Of a DNA stretch of 64,000 bases, positions 32,994 through 42,506 are shown piece by piece. A program made the position numbers and the translations under genes. Within the stretch, counting starts at the first letter, position 1; every line of letters begins with the position of its first letter. The stretch comes from a virus: IMG/VR virus record IMGVR_UViG_3300049043_000070, positions 122,294 through 186,293 of that record; one strand, written 5' to 3'. The notes beneath the pieces were generated by a model, which saw only the letters and a program-made list of their open reading frames with translations, was not told the DNA's origin and made no database searches.

Positions 32994-33875
32994 ATGTTAA
33001 TTCGTTCATTTATTGCTGCTGGTGTTGCTGTTGCTTCTATTGCTGCTCCTGCCATGGCACAAGTCACCAGTGTTTCACAACTGAAAGACGTTCAACCTAC
33101 TGAGTGGTCTTATCAGGCAATCTCAAATCTGGTTTCACGTTATGGTTGCGTTGCTGGTTATCCTAATGGCACTTTCCAGACCGGTCGCACCGCCACCCGT
33201 GCTGAACTTGCTGCTCTCACCAATGCTTGCCTTGATAACATCACTACCTTCTACAGTGAAGCAGATGCTCGTCTTGCCTCCGCTCTTCGTGCTGAGTTCT
33301 CCCGTGAGATTGCTGCTACGAACAAGCGTGTGACTGCTCTGGAAGTTGCTGCTGCTCAAAAGGCACAAGGCGTTGGTAACTATGTTGGTGTTGGCGTTCT
33401 TCTCAATCAGCAAGGCACTGCTGGTAATGGGTTCAGTGCTCAGCGTACCATCTCTGGTGCTACCGTTCAGGCACGTTATGCTGTGAAGAACTTCACCAAC
33501 CTGAATGCTGTTTCGGTTCGTCCTTATGCTAGCTTCGTAGGTACTCCTGCTGGTCAACTGGGTTCTGGTGGTGGCGCTCTAGTGTCTTATGATTGGAGCA
33601 TTTCTCGTGCCAAGTCTGGTGTGAGCCGTGCTAACGTCTACACTGGCGTTGGTTATCAGATCCCCTTCGTGAACAACACTGCTGCTAACTATCAGTCTGC
33701 TGTTGGTAATCGTGGTCAAGTTGTTCTTGCCATTGGCGTTGAAGGTCGTATCACCAACTCTCTGGTTGGTTTTGCTGATCTGAAGTTCCCTACGACCAAT
33801 GCCGCTAACAGCTACGGTGCTACTAACGGGACTTATTCTCCTGTGTTCACCACTGGACTTGGTTTCAAGTTCTGA
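32994..33875 (+). CDS. SLH-domain outer-membrane protein (Som/iron-uptake-porin-type N-terminus plus small beta-barrel)
   Basis: Signal peptide; DVQPTEWSYQAISNLVSRYGCVAGYPNGTF..R..TR.E.AA SLH; coiled coil; amphipathic strands ending GLGFKF. Confidence 0.85.
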   Translation: MLIRSFIAAGVAVASIAAPAMAQVTSVSQLKDVQPTEWSYQAISNLVSRYGCVAGYPNGTFQTGRTATRAELAALTNACLDNITTFYSEADARLASALRAEFSREIAATNKRVTALEVAAAQKAQGVGNYVGVGVLLNQQGTAGNGFSAQRTISGATVQARYAVKNFTNLNAVSVRPYASFVGTPAGQLGSGGGALVSYDWSISRAKSGVSRANVYTGVGYQIPFVNNTAANYQSAVGNRGQVVLAIGVEGRITNSLVGFADLKFPTTNAANSYGATNGTYSPVFTTGLGFKF

Positions 33876-33902
33876 TATAATGGGGAGAAATCCCCTAATA
33901 TT

Positions 33903-35211
33903 ATGATCTGGATTGATTCTATTTTTAACACTGGTCTTCTTATTGTGATGACCAGTGTTATTTCTGTTTTTATAGGAACTTTCACTGCTCTGTTTGCATG
34001 GAAAAGTAATCAACGATGGGCATACTTTCTCCCTCTGACGTAACACTTGCAGTTCCTCCTTGGTTGTTTACTTTTTACTTTAGTGAAACTTTTGGTATTG
34101 TAGATCCTTGGATTGGCGCTGCTATTAGCTTGGGAGTTTGTTGTAGTGTATATCCCCATAGTATTATCTCAAGCAGTTTAGCAAACCGAGCATATAAAGA
34201 TTGGGAAATGCTTCAGGTTATCAAAGGAAAGAACCTGAAGAGCTTAGCAATGGCAGTATATCCATCACTCAAAATTAGTTTACTTCCGAGCATCGCTATC
34301 GTTGCTGCTGAATGCATTACTGATTTCGGTGTATCAAACTTCTATGGATTGAATACCGTCACCATGCTCACGTATAATTTGTGGACGAGCACATGGAACT
34401 TTGGTTCTTTGGTGTGGGGTATATTCATTCTGTTGGCGATGGGTATATTGATTAGTCGTTTGGAAACGAATACGATTGTGAGTTTGACAAGTTCAAACAC
34501 CACACGAAAATCAAATGTTTATGGTATCATTGCTGTGCTGCCCACATTATCATTGTTATTATTTGGCATGGTAAAATCTATTGAATGGATTGTAATGCAG
34601 GGTAGTATTGATGTTGGTGATTTACTTTTTGAAGTTGGTAACACAATGCTCTTGGTTGGTATTGTAGTAGCAACTTGTATACTTGTTCTGATTTCTTATC
34701 TTGGTGGATTTGCTAAATCATTTACAAGGAGATTAGGATTGGCTTCGTATGCCATTCCTGGCACTGTAGTTGGTTCAGCATTTGTCTACCTATTGGGCGG
34801 CAAACTACCACTGATTATTCTTTTGACTTCAGCAATTACTTTCCGATACTTTGGTTTGATAATTCATTCGGTCTCAGTATCTGAAAAGGAAGTAAGAAAT
34901 ACTTTGAAGTAATTGATTTTTATACTCGTTCTAGATGGAAACAGTTAAATCAAAAGTTTAAACTGATCCTCTCTAGCATCATGATTGGAATGAGTTTGAT
35001 TATCTTAGATGTTTTAAGAGAGCTACCAATCTCAATGGTTCTTCAACCTGTAGAGTTTCAAACTCTCGCTATGAGGATGAGTTATATTGCCAAGACAGAA
35101 AATCCCACTCTTCTTGGATTTCATAGTATAATACTTTTACTGTTGGGAATATTTTTTAGTTTAGTCGTTGTGTGGATTACCTATGATAAAAGTAAAAAAT
35201 CTCATCATTGA
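33903..35211 (+). CDS. fbpB: Fe3+ ABC transporter permease FbpB/FutB-like (frameshifts near 34030 and 34905)
   Basis: NTGLLI...IGTFTALF; ECITDFGVSNFYGLNT; SYAIPGTVVG; DVLRELPISMVLQPVEFQTLA. Confidence 0.85.
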
Positions 35212-36140
35212 GAAACCAGATTTACAAATTAAAGACCTTGAAATAGATGAACACACAGTCATCATCGGACCCAGTGGTGCTGGTAAAACAACGTTCCTTC
35301 GTTGTGTTGCTGGTCTTGAGAACTATACTGGGGAGATTTACATTGATGGTGAACTGAAAACCGAAGTCGGATTAAATCGTGGTGTGAGTATGGCATGGCA
35401 GGATGGTAGGTTGTTGCCAAACTCTTCTGTTCGTGCTAATATTGAGTTGGGTGGCGATCCTGATTTAATTGAACACATGTGCAATCTATTCAAGATCGAC
35501 CATCTTCTTGATAAGATGCCTCACGAACTTAGTGGGGGTGAAGCACAACGAATAAATATCATACGAGCAATTTGTTCACCCGCAAAGGTGGTCTTGTTGG
35601 ATGAACCGATGCAGGGCATTGACCCTATCATTGTTCGTAAAACATTGAAACAGTTGCTCCATGAGCTGAAAGAAATATGATAAGATAGCATTGTTAGTCA
35701 CTCATGAACTTTATCAAGTTTATGGATTGTTTGATCGTGCTATCGTTATTAAACATGGTGAAACGATTGCACACGACGAACTTCGTTCGTTGTATGACAA
35801 TCCTTTATCACCTTGGATGGCTAACTTCTTTGGTGCATATACTGTATTGAATAAAGAAGACCTTAAAAGTTTTGAACACCATTCTAACGAAGATCCATGT
35901 ATGATCCGACCAGAATGGTTTAAAATCAAAATGCCTCCTTTTAAGAAACCTTTGGAGTTCAATGCTACTGTCACTGGCGTACATTGGGATGGTCCCAGTA
36001 CAAAAGTTTCCTTAGTGCTTGACGGCACAAACAAACCACTCGCTGTGGAGTTATACGCAGATTACGAAATCAAAAAAGGAGACAGAGTTTATGTCAATTT
36101 TAAGAAAAGCAGTCGCCCTACTTGGGTGCTTAACCGTTAG
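35183..36140 (+). CDS. fbpC: ABC ATPase FbpC/FutC-like with TOBE domain (frameshift near 35675)
   Basis: GPSGAGKT, LSGGEAQR, VVLLDEP, VTHE, P.SPWMANFFG, IRPEW. Confidence 0.9.
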
Positions 36141-37138
36141 CATCGGAGCAGTTCTACCTGCTGCCGCTGCCCCTAAGAAAACCGTTACCGTGATTACTGA
36201 CCGTAGCGATTTTCACCTAAAGCCTATCTTTGAGGCTTTTGAAGAAGCAACAGGTGTTGATGTTAAAGCAGTATTTGTGGATCAAGGATCTCTTCCTGCT
36301 CGTCTAGCATCTGGAGCAGACAAAGCAGATCTATTCATCACTACAGATCTTCCTACGATTGCTACAGCAAAAGAACAAGGATATACTCAACCAATTCTTT
36401 CTGGAAAAATCAGAACTCTTGATAGAGGATTTGTAGATCCACAAAGTCATTATGCTGCTATCAGTTTCCGTGGCAGAACGATTGTTTATAATCCTAAAAA
36501 AGTAGATGTAAAAACTTTGAGGGGTTATGATGATCTTGCTGATCCAGAATACAAAGGTCGTGTATGCATTCGTCCTTTCACTCATGTTTACAATGTAACT
36601 ATGCTGAGTGAAATGATCGTTGATCGTGGTGAAGCATATGCTCGTAACTGGGTGAATGGTGTGAAGAATAATCTTGCTGTGAAACCATCTGGTAATGATC
36701 GCAACCAAGCAAAACTGAGTTGCAAATGGAATTTGTGATCTTGCTTTGATGAACACTTATTACTATGGTCTACTTCTTTCAAATAAAGCTCAAAGACCTA
36801 TCGCTAATGCTACAGAACTCTTCTTCCCCAATCAGAGTGGGAAGGGAACTTATACGCTTTACAGTGGCGTAGCAATGGCAAAAACTGCCAAACACACCAA
36901 AGAAGCAATCCAATTGGTCGATTACCTGTTGGGTAATGTCGGACAAAATCATATCGCTCAAACTACATTTGAATATCCTGTAAATCCCAACATTAAACTT
37001 TCAGTTATTGCTGAAGGTTTTGGTGAGGGTCAACCTGGCATCAAAGATGGCAAAGCAAAATTTGCACGTATGAACCCCGCTAGAGTTGCTAAATATCGTG
37101 AGACCGCTGCTAAGATCTTGGCAGAGGCAAGCAAGTGA
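36091..37138 (+). CDS. fbpA: Periplasmic Fe3+-binding protein FbpA/FutA/IdiA-like (frameshift near 36730)
   Basis: Signal peptide; FEEATGVDV; ADLFITTD; GRVCIR..HVYN; GNDRNQ; MNTYYYG; EYPV. Confidence 0.88.
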
Positions 37139-37194
37139 TATAATGATCTGGGGGTTGACAAAACCCCCTTTTTAACTTATGATGAAACTTATAA

Positions 37195-37266
37195 CGGGGC
37201 GTAAGTCAGCGGTAGACGGCTTGCTTTGGGAGCAAGAAGACACTGGTTCGATCCCAGTCGCCCCGA
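37195..37266 (+). tRNA. tRNA-Pro(TGG)
   Basis: CTTGC-TTTGGGA-GCAAG; TTGACA-17-TATGAT promoter at 37155. Confidence 0.92.
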
Positions 37267-37294
37267 TCTTTCCTATATAATTTTTTAGGTGCCG

Positions 37295-37540
37295 ATGTCT
37301 TTTACCATCTACTCCAAAACAGGTTGTCCTTTCTGTGAGAAATGTATTGCTGTCATGGAACATGAAGGTTTCACACATGTAATTTATCAATTAGATAAAG
37401 ATTTTACCATTGATGAATTCTATGCTGAATTTGGCGAAGGATCCACATTTCCACAAATTACCTTGGATGGCATTCAACTTGGTGGATGTCAAGAAACTGT
37501 TAAATATTTACAAAAAAACAATGTCTGCTGCAATGTCTGA
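37295..37540 (+). CDS. Glutaredoxin (NrdC/NrdH-like)
   Basis: CPFC, TFPQI, GGC. Confidence 0.9.
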   Translation: MSFTIYSKTGCPFCEKCIAVMEHEGFTHVIYQLDKDFTIDEFYAEFGEGSTFPQITLDGIQLGGCQETVKYLQKNNVCCNV

Positions 37541-37781
37541 AGAAACTACTGAAATCACTGAACTTGAGCTTGAAAAAAACTTTGATGAAATTATTGAACG
37601 TGTAGAAGCAGGAGAAACATTCATCATTCGTAGAGATGATGGGTCTGCGGTTGCCATGGTTCCGGCATCTTTAGTAGAAGAAGCTGGAGTTGATCTGAAG
37701 ACACTTTCTAAAGTGGCACAACCACTTGACAACGACGATGAATTGTGGGATAATATATATGATCACGATGATGCTTCATGA
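37533..37781 (+). CDS. Phd/YefM-like antitoxin-fold protein
   Basis: ELEKNFDEIIERVEAGETFIIRR..G.AVAMVP. Confidence 0.6.
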   Translation: MSEETTEITELELEKNFDEIIERVEAGETFIIRRDDGSAVAMVPASLVEEAGVDLKTLSKVAQPLDNDDELWDNIYDHDDAS

Positions 37782-38014
37782 CCAAACCCACTGTAATTCT
37801 TGAACGTTACCCTTATCGCTATGTTCAGTGCGGTCTCCTAGAGATCAACGGCAAACCCGATTATCGTATTCAAAAAGTCAACGAATGGACCAAGCGTTAC
37901 GCTGATATGTACTTCCTTGACAACCACATGCAACTTGATGTATGCTTGGAAGACCCTGAGTATTCTAAGTGGCTAGATCCAGATGGTGTCCCTGCTTACC
38001 GTAAATACAATTAA
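37778..38014 (+). CDS. Hypothetical protein
   Basis: ORF in operon. Confidence 0.6.
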   Translation: MTKPTVILERYPYRYVQCGLLEINGKPDYRIQKVNEWTKRYADMYFLDNHMQLDVCLEDPEYSKWLDPDGVPAYRKYN

Positions 38015-38019
38015 TTACT

Positions 38020-38319
38020 ATGACTATTCGTTCCCATATTGAAACTGCCGAAGAAGCACTGCGTCAAGCACTGATTAATTCTCTTGCTGAAAAACAAGAT
38101 GCTCAATTGACAGAACTGTTTGATGCCCTTGGTAAAGTGAAGAGTATTCTGAATGCTTACCCTATTCGCGTTACTGATAACACAAGTGATTATAAGTTCA
38201 AACTGACTTCTGAATACTTAGATAGTGGATACATCAATTACAATCTCAGTCAAAATGATAATGTGATTAGCTTTAGTAATGTTCGTGGTGGTATGTCTGA
38301 TGACATTCTGAAACTTTGA
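38020..38319 (+). CDS. Hypothetical protein
   Basis: ORF in operon. Confidence 0.6.
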   Translation: MTIRSHIETAEEALRQALINSLAEKQDAQLTELFDALGKVKSILNAYPIRVTDNTSDYKFKLTSEYLDSGYINYNLSQNDNVISFSNVRGGMSDDILKL

Positions 38320-38323
38320 TAGA

Positions 38324-38420
38324 TAGTCCTGGAATGACTATAAACTTATCCTGGTGGAGTCATCCCCGTAAATGCCCGTGATGGAGACACGTAAACAACC
38401 CTGGTCGGGACCCCCCTCGA
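38324..38420 (+). ncRNA. 5' module of manA-like structured RNA (two hairpin-TAAAC-CCTGGT units)
   Basis: AGTC-CTGGAAT-GACT...CCTGGT and CGTG-ATGGAGA-CACG...CCTGGT; family recalled from memory, not searched. Confidence 0.5.
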
Positions 38421-38450
38421 TAACACACACATACACACAGGAGATACAAA

Positions 38451-38660
38451 ATGTCCAAAACACCTTACGAGCTTCGCTTTGAAATCTTCAAGCAAGCATA
38501 TCATATGCTGAACGATGAGTTCTGCGTGAAATATGATACTGCTAGAGAATGGAATGAAAAAACTGGAAAGCAGGAACTCAAACTTCCTGAGTTTCCTACA
38601 CTAAATGAAGTTCTCAAACAAGCAGATATCATCAATACCTTCGTTTCCGAACCGAAGTAG
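38451..38660 (+). CDS. Small protein MSKTPYELRFEIFKQA... embedded between the RNA modules
   Basis: AGGAGA Shine-Dalgarno, CA-rich leader. Confidence 0.75.
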   Translation: MSKTPYELRFEIFKQAYHMLNDEFCVKYDTAREWNEKTGKQELKLPEFPTLNEVLKQADIINTFVSEPK

Positions 38661-38748
38661 GTTTCCAATTTCCTCAAAGAATTGGTGGTGCGGATGGGAC
38701 TCTCTCCCGCCTGTTTCCTAGTTCAGTAAAAACTAGGTGGCGAGCCTG
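38660..38748 (+). ncRNA. wcaG/manA-like cyanophage RNA motif (two stem-UGGYG units)
   Basis: CCAATT/AATTGG-TGGTG, GGGA/TCCC, CCTAGTT/AACTAGG-TGGCG. Confidence 0.65.
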
Positions 38749-38777
38749 GCACGGGAGGAATGACCACCTCCCACCTT

Positions 38778-38849
38778 GCGGAATTAGTTCAGTGGTAGAA
38801 CGCTATCCTTCCAAGTTAGATGTCAGGGGTTCGAATCCCCTATTCCGCT
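38778..38849 (+). tRNA. tRNA-Gly(TCC)
   Basis: Loop CTTCCAA; GCGGAAT/ATTCCGC. Confidence 0.92.
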
Positions 38850-38906
38850 TATTCAACAAATATACTGAGCCATAAATAAACCTGAGAACTAGTATCATTT
38901 GGTTAA

Positions 38907-41900
38907 ATGGTTGACCGCTTTCCCTTAATTGTTAATGCTGTTTCCAGAAAAATTGAAGAAGTAGCATCTGGAGATAGATTAGAACTAACTGGTAATGGAA
39001 TTGTTATCAGTGGAGATGGTGGTAATGGAAAATATTTAACAAGTGATGGCAATACGGTTTTTTGGGGTAATCCTGGTAACGTTTACTTAACTCAAAATCA
39101 AACTCTTACAAATAAAACATTTGAAACTTGTATTATTTCTGGTTCTCTTAACACATTAACAAACATTCCCAATAGTTCTCTTGTTAATTCTGGAATAACT
39201 GTTAATGGTGTTACGATCCCGTTGGGAGGAACAGTAACAACTCCAGATAATAACACAACTTATTCTGTTTCTGCTGTTGATGGTTTATCTGCTGCTTCAA
39301 AAAGAATTCGTTTAACTTCTGGTGGTAATTCTGGTGCTGGTGTAACTGATGATATTACTATTGCTGTAGCATCCCCAGCAACAGTTCCTGCAGGATCTAA
39401 TGCTCTGTCATTATTTTTAGATAGAACAGATGATACAATTAGTATTTCTGGTCATGTAGTTGATAACAATACAATTACATCAATTCAATCTGCTGTTGGT
39501 GGAACTGCTCAAACTGGGGCAATTACAATCGCTGCTACTGGAGCTTCTACTGTATCTCAGGACTCTGGTACTAAAACTATTACTATTAATACAGTAGATA
39601 ATGATACAATTACTAGACTTCGTGCTGGAACTGGTCAAGCATTTAATCCTGGAGACTTCACATTTCTTGCTGGAACAGCAATCAGTCTTACTCAGGGTGT
39701 AGATGGAAGTAGTAAACCAACAATTACAATCACTTCTTCTGATACCGTTACAAGATTGAAGGGTGGTGGAGCAGGAAGTTTCCAGTCTGGCGATATAACA
39801 ATTCAAGGTGGAAGTGGAGGTAATGTAACTGTATCCCAGAGTGGTAATACAATCTCTATTGATAGCACAGATACAAATACTGTTACTCAATTAGCCTCTG
39901 GACCAACAAATACTCTTGCTGCTGGAAACTTTAGATTTATTGCTTCTGGAGCATCTAGTATTTCACAGACTTCTGCTGGTGGAGTAACAACAATTGAAAT
40001 TAGTTCTGTTAATACTGATACTGGAGCTTCATTTACTGCTGGTGAGGGTCTTACTTTAACTGGAGGAACCCAATATTCTATTAAAAACGCAGCAAACTTA
40101 ATTGATAACAGGATTATTAAATGGGATAATTCAAACAATCAATTGACGAATGGAATTATAACTGATGATGGAACAACTGTTACTGTAAATGGAAACTTTA
40201 CTGTTACTGGAACTAATACTGTTATTGAAACAACTACTTTATCTGTTTCTGATAATATTGTTGAGTTAAGAAGAGGAAATAATTTAACAGGTACTGATGC
40301 TGGAATTCAGGTCAATAGAACAACAAACTCTTCTGGATCTGTAACTAGTTTTAACAGAATGGAGTGGTACGAAGCTGGAGCATACTGGAGGTCATATGAT
40401 GGATCTGTTGCTGTAGATTTGTAACAGAAACAGAAACTCAAATATTAACAAATAAAACTTTAACATCACCAACACTAACATCACCAAGTCTTGGTGCTGC
40501 TACTGCTACAAGTATTAATGGTTTAACTATTACTTCAACAGTTAGCGCAACTGTTACCGTTGCTAACTTAAAAACAGTAACTTTAAATAATACTCTTACA
40601 TTTAATGGTACTGATGGATCTACAATTAACTTTGGAAGTGGTGGTGGTGCTGGAGTCAAGTAGCATACTCTTCAAATACTCTTGCTTCCTTTGCTACCAC
40701 AACTTCAACGCAGTTAAGAGGTATTGTATCTGATAGTACAGGAACTGGTGTTCTTGTATTCTCAGCAAGTCCTCAGTTTAATACAAGCGTTACTACAAAT
40801 AGCAGTACATTTGCTGTATTTGATACTTCAGCAACTACTGTAAATGCTTTTGGAGCTGCTACAGCACTCAACTTTGCTGCTTCAACTGGTACTACAACAA
40901 TCAATAATTCACTAACAGTTGCTAAGAACTTTACTGTTAATACAATTGTTGGTGACACATTTACAGTTAATGGTACAGCAAACTTTGTGAATGCTGATAT
41001 CACTATTCGTGGTGGCAGCGGTGCTCCTATGAAGATTGGTAGAGGTGGTGGAGCAATCAACACTAATACTAGAATAGGATTTAGCGCATTAGAAAATAAT
41101 TCAACTGGATCACAAAATACTTCAATCGGTTATGAAGCACTATTAGCAAATCTATCTGGAGCAAGTAATGTTGCTGTTGGACATAGAACATTACGTTCCA
41201 ATTCTTCTGGATTTGCCAACATCGCTATTGGTAAAGACTCACAACTTTCTAAATTCAGATGGAGATGGAAACGTAGCAATTGGTTCTAGCTCTTTGGAGT
41301 CAAACGTTGGTGGAAATTACAACGTTTGTATTGGACATTTTGCTGGATATGGATTGGTTGGTAGTGGTAATGTTATAATCGGTGCTGCTCCTGATGAGAA
41401 CGGTACAAATGCCACTTATGTTCCTCCTAGTGCTGCTGGGAATAATCAATTAGTTATTGCTTCTGGAACAGAAGCATGGATTCGTGGTGATAGTTCTTTC
41501 AACGTTACCATTCCAAAAGATTTTAGAGTAAATGGTGCCACTATTATTGATGGTAACCTGACTGTAAACGGTACAACAACAACAGTTAATTCAAACGTAA
41601 TGACTGTTGATGATAAAAATATTGAACTTGCTGCTGTTGTAACAACTACATTTACATGTAACGTTCAGAACGGTCAAACTAATATTACTGCTGTTACTCC
41701 AACGGCAGGATTAATTGCTGGTATGACGTTGGTATCACAAACTGGTGGTATTAGTGTTCCTGCTGGCACATACATCGTTTCAATTACTAATAATACTGCT
41801 GTTCTTTCTGCTGCTGTTTCTGGATCTACTGGAACTGCTACATTTGAGGCAACTGGTCCAACAGATCTTGGAGCTGATGGCGGTGGAATTATTCTGAAGG

Positions 41901-42496
41901 GCGCTTCAAACAAAACAATTTTGTATGACCACAGCAGAACGGATAAGTACTGGGTCATGTCTGAAAACCTAGAACTTGCGCCTGGTAAGAAGTTTGTTAT
42001 TGGTAACCAGCTTATTCTGAATACCACAACTCTTGGTACTACAGTTGTTAATTCTTCTCTAACATCAGTTGGAACTCTAACAAATCTAACGGTTGATGGG
42101 TTTGTCAAGATTGGTGGAGTTGTAACAGAAAAAGTATTCAATAGTTTTAATACAACTCTCACTCCAACATCAAATACTCTTACAATTAGTACTGCTGGTG
42201 CTAACACAATTCTTGGAAAACCAACTACTACTGCTATTAACACCTGGGCATTTACTGGTGTTGGATTGTCTAACGGTCAGTCTAAAACTATCACTTTAAT
42301 TCTTGAAGGAAATACTGCTGCTACATACGGTGATGCTTGTTCAGTAGATGGAACAGCAGTATCTAATGGTGTTCGTTGGTCTGGTGGTTCACCTCCACTT
42401 TCTACATCAAACACAGATATTCTAACATTTGTTATTGTTCAAGATGCTTCTGGTACTGTTAGAGTATTTGGTCAGGGCAATACAAACTTCAGCTGA
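38907..42496 (+). CDS. Long tail-fiber-like virion protein (frameshifts near 40420, 40660, 41270)
   Basis: Thr/Gly/Ser-rich beta repeats, twice LSVxDxxIEL motif; late-promoter-like CATAAATA at 38872. Confidence 0.8.
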
Positions 42497-42506
42497 GGAT
42501 AGATAA

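Noticed and set aside
33903-37138. ABC operon as host contamination or a prophage boundary
   Set aside because: It is embedded between phage tRNAs and phage genes on both sides, has phage-like AT content and overlapping gene packing, and no integrase or other host genes are nearby
38421-38440. ACACACACATACACAC microsatellite
   Set aside because: Too short; best explained as an unstructured translational enhancer before the AGGAGA RBS
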